In this document: positions 34,203 through 49,300 of the stretch, piece by piece
How positions within the stretch are numbered: position 1 is the stretch's first letter
Layout: every line of letters starts with the position of its first letter
The notes under the pieces: generated by a model
Databases searched by the model: none
The model's input: the letters and a program-made list of their open reading frames with translations, nothing else
What the model was told of the DNA's origin: nothing
Position numbers and translations under genes: made by a program
Virus record (IMG/VR): IMGVR_UViG_3300044701_003269
Coordinates: 110,187-174,186 of that record
Direction: 5' to 3' (one strand)
Origin: a virus
Length of the DNA stretch: 64,000 bases

Positions 34203-34802
34203 ATGTACCACTTAGATTGTTTGGATGAGTGGAATTCAATTCATTCAGATGATTTGTGGGTATATAGTAAGTTAATTCTAAATCATCGTCTAGGGCATCT
34301 CTGTGGACCTACAGGGGTGCCTGTTCCATATCCAGGGTATTATATCGTCCGACCAAGTATTAATTTACTTGGTATGGGACGATTTTCTCGTATAGAATGG
34401 ATTGATGAAGACACAGAATACTTTCATCCTTCTGAGTTTTGGTGTGAAATATTCAAAGGAGATCATCTAAGTGTTGATTATCAAAATAGAGAGACGAAAT
34501 TGGTTGTATTGGGTGAAAAAGATGATGAAGATCCTTTCTATAGATGGAAAAAATGGACTAAAATTGACTGTAAGGTAGATTTTCCTCTTATATTAAATAG
34601 TCTAAAGGGTGATTATGAGTGGATTAACTGCGAATTTATTGGAAATCACCTTATAGAAGTGCATTTTAGAAGAAATCCGGACTTTAGATATGGAAATTCA
34701 GTAGCAATACCTGTCTGGAATGATGAAAAAGTAGAAAATATTAAAAATTTGGAGTTTATTGAGGATAAAGATTACTTAAGAAGAGGTTTTTATATTGATT
34801 AA
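34203..34802 (+). CDS. Hypothetical protein (possible ATP-grasp-like)
   Basis: YIVRP..N..GMG, FWCEIFKGDHLSVD, INCEFIG..LIEVHFRRNPD. Confidence 0.65.
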   Translation: MYHLDCLDEWNSIHSDDLWVYSKLILNHRLGHLCGPTGVPVPYPGYYIVRPSINLLGMGRFSRIEWIDEDTEYFHPSEFWCEIFKGDHLSVDYQNRETKLVVLGEKDDEDPFYRWKKWTKIDCKVDFPLILNSLKGDYEWINCEFIGNHLIEVHFRRNPDFRYGNSVAIPVWNDEKVENIKNLEFIEDKDYLRRGFYID

Positions 34803-34853
34803 CGGGATAGCAACCCCGTAAAAAGTTCTGATTTAACAAATCAGGAGGGCAAA

Positions 34854-35015
34854 ATGGACCAAAAAATGCTTCGAGAGATCAATAATGACGATTTGACTCC
34901 CAAAAAACATGATTTTCACACTCAAAACGAAATCCATGAGAAAATTCGCAATGATGAGGATTATGATGACTGGGAATATGGCACTGAACCCCTTTATGAA
35001 TCAAAAAAACCGTAA
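34854..35015 (+). CDS. Small acidic hypothetical protein
   Basis: AGGAGG SD; hand-called. Confidence 0.55.
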   Translation: MDQKMLREINNDDLTPKKHDFHTQNEIHEKIRNDEDYDDWEYGTEPLYESKKP

Positions 35016-35051
35016 TAAATAACAATATATTATAGTCTTACCAGTCTAAAA

Positions 35052-35453
35052 ATGCCTATTGAAAGGATAAGCAAAGAATTTAAAGATATTAGTTTATCCT
35101 TTCAGGTGAATCCCCTGAATTTTGACTTGATTGCGATAAAAAATGAAACTGCAATTGCAAGATCAGTAAGAAATCTTGTATTAACTCAACCTGGAGAAAG
35201 ATTTTTTAATCCAATTTTGGGTTCTAAAGTGAATAGATCTCTTTTTGAGAATATTGATGAGATAAGTGCTTCTATTATTAAAGATGAGATTGAGAATACG
35301 ATAAGAAATTATGAGCCAAGAGTGAGTTTGATTGATGTAACAGTTACACCAAAATTTGATGATTATGAGTTTGACGTTAGAGTAAGGTATAACATAATTG
35401 GCGCAGATTTATTGCCTCAGCAGTTATCATTTGCATTACAACCGACACGATAA
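35052..35453 (+). CDS. gp25: Baseplate wedge subunit gp25
   Basis: FKDISLSF, SVRNLVLT.PGERFF, NYEPRV; late-promoter-like ATAAATA 35015-35021. Confidence 0.92.
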   Translation: MPIERISKEFKDISLSFQVNPLNFDLIAIKNETAIARSVRNLVLTQPGERFFNPILGSKVNRSLFENIDEISASIIKDEIENTIRNYEPRVSLIDVTVTPKFDDYEFDVRVRYNIIGADLLPQQLSFALQPTR

Positions 35454-37364
35454 ATGACACTAGTAAATTTTACAAATCTAGATTTTAATCAGATAAAAAC
35501 TTCAATTAGGGATTATCTGAGATCAAACTCAAATTTTACTGATTATGATTTTGAGGGGTCAAACCTTTCGACAATCATTGATGTTCTTGCATACAATACA
35601 TACATCTCTTCATATAATGCTAACATGGTTAGCAATGAGGTATTCATTGACAGTGCAACATTGAGAGAAAATGTTGTTTCTATCGCAAGAAGTATTGGAT
35701 ACACACCTAAATCTAGAATTGCATCGAAAGCTAATATTTCTTTTTTCGTAGATACTTCTCTAACGCCACTTCCAAGAAAACCACTTACTCTGACGCTTAA
35801 AAAAGGTATTATTGCGACTTCTTCAGGTTCTTTTGGAAATCAAAATTTTGTTTATTCTATTCCCGATGATATAACAGTTCCCGTTGTAAACGGAATTGCA
35901 GAATTTAATAATATTGTAATATATGAAGGCACATATATTACAAATAAATTTACAGTAGATTCCCTAAATCCAAATCAGAAGTATATTCTGGATAATGCAA
36001 ATATCGATAGTTCTTTAATTAGAGTTGAAGTTAGAGATGGCCAACTTGGAATAAGAAAAAAATATATTCAGGCAAATAATATTTTAGATATAGATTCTGA
36101 ATCTAGAATATTTTTTATTCAAGAAATAGAAGATCAAAGATATGAATTAATATTTGGTGATGGTGTATTTGGTAAAAGATTGATTAACGAAAATATTGTC
36201 GAAGCTTCTTATATTGTTACTAGTGGGGAAAGCGCAAATGGCGTATCTTCATTCTTGTTTAATGGGACTATAGTTGATAATACCAATCTAGATGTTTCGG
36301 GAGGAATTTCACTCCTAACAACAAATATTGCTTCAGGTGGAGGAAAAGAAATTGAATCGGTAGATTCTATCAAAAAATATGCAACAAGAATATATGCAGC
36401 TCAGAATAGAGCAGTTACTGCAAACGATTATGAAGCGATAATACCAATAATATATCCAGAGGCAGAATCAGTTTCTGCATTTGGTGGAGAAGATTTAGAT
36501 CCCCCTCAATTTGGAAAAGTTTTTATTAGTATCAAGCCAGAAGGTGGATTTTTTATATCAAACGGAGTTAAGGATAATATTAAAAGAGAATTGAAGAAAT
36601 ATGCAGTTGGTGGAATATTGCCCGAAATAATAGATCTAAAATATCTCTCGATTGAAATTCAAAGTAAAATTTATTATGATAACAATCTTGCACCTTCTTC
36701 AAGTTTTGTTTCGGATACTGTTTATAAAAATATACAAAAATATGCAAATTCTTCAGAACTGAACAAATATGGTGCAAGATTTAAGTATAGTAAGTTTTTA
36801 AAAATAATCGATGACAGTGACGAATCAATAACTTCAAACATAACTACGGTTCAAATCAGACGTAATTTAAAACCATTGTTAAATAGTTTAGCGACATATG
36901 AAATATGCTTTGGTAACAAATTTTACATAAAAAATTCTGGTGGTTTTAATATAAAATCTTCTGGATTTTTTATTGGGGGTATTCAAGATCCTGTTTACTT
37001 TACAGATTTCCCCAATCAAGGTGAAAAGACAGGAATTATAAGTATCTTCAGAAAAGATTCACTTGATGGTTTTAAAATTATTATTGAAAATGCGGGAACA
37101 ATTGATTATGAAAAGGGCGAAATAAATATAGATTCTATTGAAATTTTAAATACATCTAAAGAAGACGGTGAACCAATTATTGAAATTTCAGCCATTCCAG
37201 ATTCTAATGATATTATTGGATTGCAAGATCTTTATTTAAATCTGAGTATAAATGATGTAAAACTTGAAGTAATACAAGATAAAATATCTTCTGGAGAAGA
37301 TAGATCTGGTTCAACCTACATAAAAACAACAAGTTACAGTAATGGTTCTATCATAAGAGAATAA
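35454..37364 (+). CDS. gp6: Baseplate wedge subunit gp6
   Basis: LDFNQIK, FTDYDFEGS, DSATLRENVVS, FGDGVFG, QNRAVTANDY. Confidence 0.95.
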   Translation: MTLVNFTNLDFNQIKTSIRDYLRSNSNFTDYDFEGSNLSTIIDVLAYNTYISSYNANMVSNEVFIDSATLRENVVSIARSIGYTPKSRIASKANISFFVDTSLTPLPRKPLTLTLKKGIIATSSGSFGNQNFVYSIPDDITVPVVNGIAEFNNIVIYEGTYITNKFTVDSLNPNQKYILDNANIDSSLIRVEVRDGQLGIRKKYIQANNILDIDSESRIFFIQEIEDQRYELIFGDGVFGKRLINENIVEASYIVTSGESANGVSSFLFNGTIVDNTNLDVSGGISLLTTNIASGGGKEIESVDSIKKYATRIYAAQNRAVTANDYEAIIPIIYPEAESVSAFGGEDLDPPQFGKVFISIKPEGGFFISNGVKDNIKRELKKYAVGGILPEIIDLKYLSIEIQSKIYYDNNLAPSSSFVSDTVYKNIQKYANSSELNKYGARFKYSKFLKIIDDSDESITSNITTVQIRRNLKPLLNSLATYEICFGNKFYIKNSGGFNIKSSGFFIGGIQDPVYFTDFPNQGEKTGIISIFRKDSLDGFKIIIENAGTIDYEKGEINIDSIEILNTSKEDGEPIIEISAIPDSNDIIGLQDLYLNLSINDVKLEVIQDKISSGEDRSGSTYIKTTSYSNGSIIRE

Positions 37365-37365
37365 T

Positions 37366-40300
37366 ATGTCAAATACGAGAGTTAAAATTGCTTCAATTGT
37401 ACAAAGTCAACTTCCCGATTTTGTTAGAGAGGAATATCCACTTGTAAGTGAATTTTTAAAAGAATATTACAATTCTCTTGAAGTATCGGGAGGAACCTTG
37501 GATGTTCTTCAGAATATTGACAGATATGTTAAAATTGACGAATTAACAAAATCTCTTTCTGGTAGAATAATTACTGTAAGAATACAGGATCCGCAATCAT
37601 TCTTTACTATAAGTGGTGGATTTTCGGTTAATGAATTGATCGTATTTAAAAACGGAACCAGACTACTTTTAAATACTGACTACTTTGTATTTTCAAGTAC
37701 TGAACTGTCATTAGTAGAAGAATGTATTAATGGAGATATTTTGGAGTTTTATATCCAAACTCCATCCACAACATTTTTGAAAAGTGAAGTTGGTTTTACT
37801 GATGATGTGATAAATGTTGAATCAACTTACGGGTTCCCAGAATCGAATGGAATAATAAAAATTGATTCTGAAATTATTTTATATAAAAGCAAAACGGAAA
37901 CTTCTTTTGTAGATTGTAAAAGAGGTTTTAGTGGAATAACATCATATAGGACAGAAAATACGACAGATCAATTAACTTTTTCAACTTCTCAAGTAGAGAA
38001 TCATGAAAATAATTCTTCTGTAGAAAATTTAAGCCTTTTGCTGCTAAAGGAATTTTTATTAAAAATTAAAAAACAACTAACTCCGGGATTTGAAAACAAA
38101 ACTTTTGTTGATGGAGTAAATCAAAGTACTTTTATAAAGCAAGTAAAGGATTTTTATAGTTCAAAAGGAACTGAAGATTCCTATCAGGTTATATTTAAAG
38201 CACTTTTTGGTGAAAATATTGAAATTTTAAGACCAAGAGATTATTTGTTTAAACCTTCTGATGCAAACTATAGAATAACAAGAGATTTGGTAGTAGAATC
38301 TGTATCAGGGGATCCAATGTCTCTCCTTAACAGAACTCTATATCAAGATGAATCTGGATCAGAAGAATCTCAGTTTTTCTCTAAAGCATATGGGACTATT
38401 ACAAGAGTAGAAAAAATACAAAGATTAAATAAAAATTATTATGTACTGAGTTTGGATGCAGACTATTCTAAAGATCTGACAGTTGATGGAACTGTTTACG
38501 GAAATTTTAAGATACATCCAAGTACAAAATTAACTACAAATGCTGACTTAAATTCTGCAGTCTTGACTGTAGATTCTACAATCGGATTTCCAAAAACTGG
38601 TGAATTGACGTATTCTGTTAATGGTCAAGAATACATCAATTCATATATAATAGAAAATATTACACAATTTTCTTTATTTGGTACAACTGATGTAGAAATA
38701 CCAAAAGGAACTGATATAAAAATAAACAATTTTGCTTACTCTGAATTTGGTGGGAATATTGTAAAAGTAAGAATCACCGGAGTTATCTCCGATGTTTCTT
38801 TTGATAAAAATAACTATTTGATGTCAAAGGGAGAGACTTTTAAAGTCAATACACTAGGATATCCTGCAAAAGGTGTTCTTGCTAACAATTGGATATTCAA
38901 TATTGCCAATAAGTTTAAAGTAAAACAAATTATAGGACCAAAATCCTCTAACGCATCTTTAAATTTATTTTCATATGAAGTTATAACCATAGATAAAAAT
39001 AATTTTTATATTGGTGATATTGTTAAACTAATTTCATCTGATGGAAATATTAATGATTATACCATAAGGGGAATTAACAATGAAAATTCTGTAAGTATAG
39101 AAGGTCCTTCAATAGGAAATTTAAATTTAAAATTTTTGATAGAGAGGAGCATAGTAAAACCAAAATTTACTAACTTTGATTACATAAATCAATACTCTGC
39201 TAATGTCCAAAATGTTTATATACCAAATTCCAATGAGAATGCAGGAATTTTTGTCGCTTCAAATTCACTGCCAAATTATTTAAATGAAAATATTGATATA
39301 AAAAACCCCGATATTGTTTTTTCCGGCACTTTCGGTGGAGAAATTTTAGACCTTAGCTCAGGAAATCCAAATAATTATCATGGACTTTATACTGGAGACT
39401 CCGTAATTTACAAAGATACAAATACTTCTGACCTACGAAATAATCTGGGAATTCTGAGTAAAGTATATTATGTTGAAAAAGTCGATAATACGAGAATAAA
39501 ACTTGCCAATAGCAAATTAGATCTTTTCAAAAAAAGATATGTTTCTATCGAAAATAATGTATCAGTAACTAATAATATATTCTCAAAAAATAAAATAAAA
39601 TTTTCTACCTTTTCTTCGCAAAATTTTATAAAAAATATATCAAAACCCGTAAATGGGAAAAAATTTGAAACTCCTGTTGGTCCTGTTGGAATATTTGTTA
39701 ATGGTGTTGAAGCTTTTAGTTATAAATCAGAAGATAAAGTTTATTATGGTGGAATTGATAAAATCAATGTAATAGATGGTGGAGATGACTATGATGTAAT
39801 CAATCCTCCAAATATTGAAATATTGGATGAAAACGGTTCAAATGCAACTGCATATGTTCAAGTTACTGGTGAATTAAATTCTATTGATATTATTGATCCT
39901 GGATTTGATTATATTTCAGATCCAATAGTAACCATCTCTGGAGGAAATGGTTCTGGAGCGGTTGCAAAAGTAAATCTAACTAGTTTCAGGCATAAAGTTT
40001 CATTTAATTCTATTGAGTCTTCACTATTCGTCAATTTATCTACAAATACAATAGGATTTTCCACTTATCACAAATTTAGAGATAATGAACAAGTGATATA
40101 TTTGCCAAATGGACAAACTCCTGTTGGTGGATTGACATCCAAAGCACAATATTATGTAAACGTTCAGGATTCTTTTAATATTAGATTGCATAAAACTTTA
40201 AATGATTCTGTTTCCGGAATTAACACGATAAATTTAACTTCATATGGAGTAGGTGTTCATGAATTTGAAGCAACTTCTATTAAGAGAAAAATTTCTAGTT

Positions 40301-43300
40301 TTTCTATAATTGATAGAGGTTCTAACTATTCGAATAAAAAGACTTCATGTTTTTCTTCCGGAGTAAGCACTACTTCTAATATAATAAACATTCCAGAACA
40401 CGGGTATAAAACTGGTGAAATATTGAAATATACTTCAACCAGTCTACCGATAGGTGGACTGGAGAATGGTAAGTCTTATTATGCAATAAAAGTAAATGAT
40501 AATCAATTTAGGTTATCTGAGGTTGGAATTGGATCAACATCTAAAGATTTTTATTTTAGAACAAATCAAACTGTAAATTTGACATCAATAGGATCTTCAG
40601 AACACATTTTTAATTATGAAGATATTGTGGTATCTGTTGATGGAATTGTGGGAGTTTCCACGAGGACTGGTCAAGATTTTAATGCAGTAATTCAACCAAT
40701 TTTTAGGGGTTCAATCAGTAAAGTATTTGTTAACAATTCTGGTGTTGGGTATGGTTCATCCGAAATTATAAATTATGAAAGACAACCTAATGTTGTATTG
40801 GGAATTGGAACGGGGGCTCAACTTTCTCCGATAGTTAATAATGGAAGAATAACTCAAGTTTTAGTTTTGAATGGTGGAAGTAATTATAATTCACCGCCAG
40901 ATATTAGTATTTTTGGAAATAGTACAACAGCAAGTTTGGTTCCGGTAATTAGTAATGGTAGAATAGTTGATGTTAAAGTTCAAAATTCTGGAGTTGGATT
41001 TAGTACAATTGGAACATCGCTTGAAGTTTTTACTCCCGGAAATGGGTTTAAATATGATTGTAAGATAAAATCTTGGACTATTAATAAAGTTGAGAAAAAT
41101 TTAAATTCCAATAAAATATTAGAAGATGATGGAGTCCTCGATAGATATCAAGGAACACAAAAAGGACTGCAATATTGTCATTTTTATGCACCAAGAAAAT
41201 TAAGGAGAAGCGTTTTTGGTACAGATTTTGTAAATGGTAAGAAAGTTTTAATACAAGATTTAAATATTGTTAGAAATGTTGAGGTAAGGTCAAAAGCCCA
41301 TTCTCCAATAATAGGTTGGGCTTATGATGGAAATCCGATATATGGACCATACGGATTCTCGTCTCCTTCGGGTGGCGTTGTTAGAGAGATGAAACCTGGA
41401 TATATACAAAAAATTTCTGAAGATAGACCAGATCCAATATCGGAGTCTGCTGGAAGAATTTACCCTCCTGGATTTTTTGTAGAAGATTATCAATTTAATA
41501 ATTCGAGTGATAGTGATCTGGATGAACATAATGGAAGATTTTGTATAACACCCGAATTTCCAGAAGGAACTTATGCCTATTTTGCAACAATTAGTGATGG
41601 TTCCACAGAAACTTCTGGAATATTTAAAAATTATAAAAAACCAGTATTCCCATATCTTGTGGGTAATACTTTTAATTCTATCCCAAATACACAAAATTAT
41701 CAAATAAATTTTACATCACAACAAAATTCATCTATATTCTCCGAGTTTAGTCTACTTAGAAATACTTCTCCATATAACCTTTCTAGTGAAAATTCACAAT
41801 ACGATTTTGTATTTAATCCTTTAAAAATAAAGGAACCTTTGATTAAAATAGAATCAACTTTATTATCCGGAATTGATGATGTTGAAATAACTTCTGGTGG
41901 AACCGGTTATAAAGTTGGCGATAAAGCAATATTTGATAATACAAATACAAGTGGTTCAGATGCTTATGCCAGAGTTTCTTTCTTAGAAGGAAAAGAAGTA
42001 ACTTCTATAAGTTGTGCATCTACAACTTATAATGATGTGGAATTTTATCCAATAAATTCTGGATCTTTTGTAGCTTTCAGTACAATACCACATAATTTCC
42101 TCAATAATGATATTGTATCGATTGGTGGATTAAGTACAAGTACTCAATTTCTTAATGCAGTATTGCAAATAGGTGTTCGCTCAGATACTCTCACTCTATC
42201 TAAAAATGTTGATGCTCCGTCTGCAACTGGCATTGTTACATATTTTGATGTAAATGGTTCTCTAGATTTTCCCAAAATTAGAGAAAATGATATTTATGAA
42301 TTGGATACAGAAAAAATTAAAATCTTATCAGTTGATAAATTATCATCTAGAATTAAAGTACTAAGAGAGTTTGATTCTTCCGTAGGTACTTCACATACAA
42401 TATCTACTGTTTTATTTGAAAAAACAAGAAAATTTACATTTAGCATAGAAAAAGATCCGAAGATAAATTTTAACCTTAATAAAGAAATATATTTTAATCC
42501 AAAGGAATCGGTTTCTTTGGGAACTGGATCGACTTTATCTTTTTCAAATCCTGGAGCGGGAATAACAATTATTTCTACACCAGCTAAAACAATTTATCTA
42601 CCAAATCATAAGTTAGAAACTGGAAATGAATTAATTTATTCAACCAATGGAGGATCTCCAATATTTGTTTCTGATGATAATATAACTAGTTTCCAATTAT
42701 TAGATAATCAAATTGTTTATGCAGCGAAAGTCTCAGAAGATTTAATTGGCATCTCAACTAATCTAGTTGGACTCGGTTCAACAGGATCTTTTGTTGGTAT
42801 TGATAGTAGCATTACAACTTCCATCTTATTCTTTACTAATGTTGGATCTGGTGATAATCATAGTTTTAAAACAAATTATTCAAACAGTTTAACAGGAGAA
42901 GTTACTAAAAATGTTGTTACTGTATCAACAGCAGAAACTCATGGACTAAAAGTGAATGACATAGTTTTCTTTGAAGCCCTTCCTGGCATTACTACTACTG
43001 TAGTGGTAAAATATAATGATAAGAATAGTAGATTACTAATTAATCCAAAATCTTTTACCTCTTCTGATGTTGATATTACAAATAATATCATCTTTATAAA
43101 AAATCACGGTTATTCTACCGGAGAAAAAGTAGTATATACTGCAGAAAGTTCTCCAATTGGTGGGGTATCAAATAATGAAATATATTATATTGTCAGATTT
43201 AGTAAAGATAAAATTAAACTGTCTTCAAGTTATTACAATTCAATTAAGAATATTCCGGAAGTAATTGATTTTACTAGTGCTTCTGATGGAACTTTGTCTT

Positions 43301-46300
43301 TAGTAAATCCAAGAATTTTTGCAGTTTCCAATCAATTTATAAAGTTTGATCTTTCAGATGAATCTCTTTCTTATAGTATAGAATCGGTCCCATATCCAGC
43401 TTTTGAATTTGTATTATATAAAGATTCTAATTTTACTGAAGAGTTTATCAAGGTAGAAGATTCTGAAATTTCCAGATTAAATGTTACTAAAGTTGGAAGG
43501 ATAGGAGTTGATGAAAATGCATCTGTTACTCTAAGAACAGAAAATTTAGATTTTGATTTGTATTATAGACTAGTTCCAGTTGATTTGGAAAATAACTCTT
43601 TTCTTAAAAAGAATATCATAGTAGATGATCAGAATATTATAGAAAATAATAAAATACTTTTGGGAAAAAGCGGTTATTTTGGATTCCACTTATTATCTTC
43701 AGTCCAAGATAGTTCGTTTAACTTTAACATATTCAGTTTTCCTGAAATTGATTCATATTCTAAGTTTGACGGAAATTTTGTTTATTCTACCAATTCCAAA
43801 AATGCAGTTGGTGGAATAAAAGAATTAGAAATAACATCTAGAGGTAGATATTATGATACTTCTCCGGGTATAAGTTCAGTATTTTCTGAAAATGGAAAAA
43901 ATGCTATTTTGGATCCCATTTCCTCAAGTATTGGTAAAATTACAAATTTTGAGATTGAAGATATTGGATTTAATTATCCTGCCGACCAAACTTTATACCC
44001 ATCAGCTAAATTACCCCAGATAATAAAGGTAAATCCTCTCTCAAGATTTAAAAATATTGGAGTATCTTCTGTAGGTATTGATTATAGTATATCTCCAGAC
44101 CTCATAGTGATAGATTCAACAACAAATAACGTTGTCAATGACGTTGAATTAAATTATGATGTAGAAACAAATACTGTAAAAATTATAAGAAATACTGAGG
44201 GAATTTTTAATTCAAAACCAACAATATTGCCAGTAAATAACTCAAATGGAGTTCCAATTAAAGAAATAACTTTTGATGAAATTTCTAAAAATGTTACTAT
44301 TGAACTTGATAAATCTTATAGTTTTGGCCAGGTTTTCCCATTCAACGTTGGTGATAAAGTATTAGTTGAGAATGTAAATATTGATATTGATTCTGGAAAA
44401 GGTTTCAATTCAAAAGAATATGGATATAAGTTATTTACCTTAACTTCAGTTAATCCACTATTTGGAGGAACTGGAGCAAATATTGTTTATAATCTCAGTC
44501 AAGATTTGTTAGACTCGGAAGTTCCTGGAAGTTTTGATTCTAATAATTCTGCAGGAATTGTTACTCCGGAAAAATATTTTCCAATATTTGATCCGGTTTT
44601 GGAAAAGTTTAGTTTCTTAAGAGGAGAAGTTGCGAAAACTCAATCTCAAAGAGGTATAGTCTTAAATTGGAATAAAAATGTAGAACTATTGAAATTATCT
44701 ACTTCTGATGACTTTGAATTGAATTCAATTATAGTTGGCGAATCTTCTAATGCGAAGGGAATTATTACTCGTATAGATTCAAACTTTGATGCAGTTTATA
44801 ATATTGAATCATCAGCAATAGTTAAAAAAGGATGGGAACTAGAAACCGGATTTTTAAATAATCAATTCCAGGTCATAGCTGATAATGATTACTATCAAAA
44901 TTTCTCATATTCAATAAAATCTAAAGTAGATTATGATACTTGGAACGACTCTATAGGAAATTTAAATCATACATCTGGATTTAAAAAGTTTGGAGATTTG
45001 GTAGTAGAATCTATCGATTCAATTTCAAGCGGAATATCTACAGACCAAAATGAAGGTGATTTTTCTGGCTTAGTAGAGTTTGTAAGGGAAATTGATTTAA
45101 ATTGTGTAAACGATTTTGATCTTGTAAGGGAAAGAACTTTAAATATTAATTCGCAATTATTTTCTAAAGAATTTGTATTTAATTCCCGTTCTTTACAAGA
45201 TGAATTTATATCAATTGGAAATAGAGTTCTTTCTATAGATGATATTGGCAATAGATTCTCCAGCGAACAGTCATCTCAAATTTTTTCAATTGTAGATACA
45301 TTTAGATTAACTGATTTTAGATCGAAAAAATATATAACTTATGTTAAAGATAAAAACTCTACGGAGCTGAGAGAGTCGTCATTAGTTACACTAATACATG
45401 ACAACAATGAAGTATTTCTGAATGAATACTCGGGTCTTAATACCGGAACTGATTTAGGATCATTTGAATTTTCTATCTTTAGTGTTGAGGGAACATTAAG
45501 ATATTTTCCAAATAATTTTACATCAGATGATTATACTATTAATGTTATATCATATGGAATAAAAGATGACAATACTGGTATCGGAAGTACATCGATAGGA
45601 AATTTGGTAGATTTAAGATCTTCGACTACAATAATTCCTTCAGGAACTTCTTCTCAAACAAATATTGTTGGTATTGGCTCAACATATTCTACTTCAAAAG
45701 TTTTAGTTCAGTTTACATCTTCCGACGAAACTTATTATCAGTTTGAAGAAATAACTTTATTAAGTGATGGTAATAACGTCAGTATTTTGGAATACGGACA
45801 ACTTTCAAATGCAACAAGAGTTGGATATTCTACGGGTGGAATAGGAACATATAGTGCTTATATATCCGGATCAACGATAAATCTAGATTTTACTCCAAAT
45901 GTAAGTTTGGCAACAACGTATATTGTCAATACTTTAAGAGTTTCTATTGCAAGCACTAATGTTGGAATTACCACTTCTTCATTGGAGTTTAATACTTGCG
46001 AAATAAGTTCGAATTTTGTAGCAATATCATCCTCACCTTCGCCAACACAAATAGGAATATCAACTTTCTCTACAGATTATGAAAGTTCATATTATATTGT
46101 GTCTGTTGAGGATGTTACAAATGGAGATTATCAAGCATCAGAAATTCTAGTTATTAATGATGGATCAAACGCATATATCTCTGAGTTTGGTGGAATAGGA
46201 ACTTCTTCTGGTTTGGGAACTTTTGGTGCAAATTATGATGTAATTTCTGGAACTACATTAAACTTTACTCCAATTGCTGATGCTTCTATAAATGTAAAAA

Positions 46301-49300
46301 TTTATAGAAATGCATTAAGAGTAGTTGATACTGGTAATGATTTTACATCCTTAAACCTAACAAATGCAAATATTGAATCTGATTTTTCAGAATTTGATGG
46401 TGTTTCAAATTCTATTAGAAAATCATTTGACCTACTTCACAGAGGAGTACCAATCTTCCAAAGATCATTCCAATCTTCAGACCCAAACATCGTCAATATT
46501 GAAAATAATAGAATTAAAATTACAAATAATTTTTATGTAGGGGGTGAAGAACTTAAATATGATTTTGGTCAAGGGGATCCTGTTGGAATAGAAACAACAA
46601 CGATAGCTGGCATTGGTTTAACGGATAAATTACCATCGACGGTTTATGTTATAAAATTAAATGATGTGAGCATCAGACTTGCATCATCTCCAGAAAATAG
46701 TCTCAAACCAGTTCCAGAACCGTTAATTATTAATTCTGTTGGTGTTGGAATACATACATTTACTTCAACAAGACAAAATGCAAGATGTCTAATAACAATA
46801 GATAACCATATTCAATCACCAATAGTTTCGACTGCAGTAACCACAACTTTAGCATCAGGTTCCTCATCCAGTGAAGAGCAAATAACAATATCTGACATAA
46901 CTTCCATTTTTAGTGGAGATTTGTTGAAGATAAATGATGAAATTATTAGAGTAAACTCTGTTGGAGTTGGATCTACAAATTCTCTATTAGTTGATCGTGG
47001 TTTTGTTGGAACAAATGCGGAAAGTCATTCTATAGGAAGTACAGTTACAAAAGTACTAGGAAACTATAATATAGTAAACAACACAATTAATTTTGCAGAT
47101 GCTCCATACGGAAACACTCCAACAAGTGACGAAACAAATAGACCTGACCAAAGAGATTATATTGGCATTACAACAAGGTCCACTTTTGGTGGAAGAGTAT
47201 TTTTGAGATCTGGTATTAATACAACCTCAGGTGTATTTGTAGACACATATTCTACTAACTACGTTTTAGATAGTTTATCCGATCAATTTGATGGAGTTAC
47301 CAAAGAATTTGTTCTAAAGTCTTCTGGACAAGATGTTACGGGTATTTCTACTAGCAACGCAATTGTTTTAATTAATAATGTATTCCAAGAGCCAAAAAGA
47401 ACAGGTTCTGTAAGTATTGTAGGAAATTATGAAATATCGGAAAATGCAGGTATTAGTACGATAGAATTCATTGGTGGAATATCATCTGCATCTTATGATA
47501 TTAATAATTCAAGTATTCCTAGAGGTGGTGTTATAGTTTCTGTAGCGTCAACAACAGGATTTGGATATCAACCATTAATTTCTGCTGGTGGAACTTCTAT
47601 AGTTTCTAGTGCAGGAACGATTTCTAATATTAGTGTGGGATATTCTGGTTCAGGTTATAGATCTCTAGAAAAATATGAAATAATTACAAAAACTTCTTCA
47701 ACTATTAGTTCTGGAAGTACAATAATTTACATAGACAATCAAAATGGAATATTTGAGAAATTGGCGTATTCAAGTTCAAATTCCATAGGAATAGGTTCAC
47801 AAAATGTTCCTATTTTGGGAATTGGAAATAGCTATGTTTTGATAGGATCTGGAAGCACTATTTCCCAATCTATAGAATCCGAAAAGTCTGTTTTGGTATC
47901 TCTAAACTCTCCTTATGTTGGATTAGTTGATGTTGGCGTCAAAACATCTAGTAATGGAATATTAAATTATGAATTTATAGGATTTGCAACAGTAATTCCA
48001 GGAACTGGTAACATTTCATCAAATATTAATATCACAAATCCCGGTTCTGGATATACATCAGCAAATCCTCCAATAGTTGTTTTTGATGGTCCAAATAATT
48101 ACGATAATATTCCACTAATATATTCTTCTGGATCTTCTGGATTAGGAACCGAAGCAACTGTTAATATTATAGTTGGACAAAATTCCAGTGTAATTGATTT
48201 TGAATTGGAAAATTTGGGATATGGATACAATACCTCACAAATTTTGACAGTACCTACTGGTGGATTAACTGGAATACCAACTGATGCATCAAAACCATTT
48301 ATTAATTTTGAATTAACTATAGATGAAATATTCTCTGATATTTTCTACGGGTGGTCTATAGGGGATCTTCAAGTTATTGACAAAATTGAAAATCTATTTG
48401 ATGGTGTAAGGAGGAATTTCCCAATAAAAATTAATGGAATTCAATCATCAATTAGATCTAGAACAGGATCAAATGTTGAGATTCAATATACACTATTAAT
48501 ATTTTTGAATGATATACTACAAGTTCCGGATGTTTCTTATACATTTAATGGAGGAAGTACTTTTACTTTCTTAGATGCTCCAAATGTTGGCGATACTTGC
48601 AAAATACTATTCTATAAAGGAACGGGTAACGTTGATGTTTTAAGTGAAGATGTTTTGCAGACTATTAAGATTGGAGATCTTGTTAGGGTAACTAGTGATA
48701 TTGCAGAGCAAAACCAAAATAATAGGTTAATTACAGATATTATATCTTCTGATCTTTTGATAACAAATCCATATACTGGTGCAGGATTATTTGAAGATGA
48801 AACTATATTAAGACCACTACTTTGGTGTAGGCAAACAGAAGACTTGATAATAAGTGGACAGGAAATTGGTAAAGATAGAGAAATATATGAGCCATTAATT
48901 CAACCTGCAACAAATATTATACAAAATGTTGGATCTGCTTCAACTGAAATTTTTGTCCAGAGTGTCAAAATATTCTTTGACGATTTTAGAGAAAATACTA
49001 GCCAAACACTCAAATCAGAAATTATCTTGATATCACAAGATCCACAGGAAGGTTCTTACGCAACCGCTAATGTTTCCACATCTGGCACAATTTCTTCTCT
49101 AAATTTAGTTGAAGGTGGAATAGGATTTACAACAGATCCAGTCGTCAAAATTAGCAATCCTGTTGGATTTGGATCAACGTCTACTGCCATTGCTTCTATT
49201 TCTTCGGGAATTGTTACCTCACTTACTATTATAAATCCAGGATCTGGGTACACAACTTCAAATCCTCCACAAGTTTTAATTGAATATCCAAAGGTTATCG

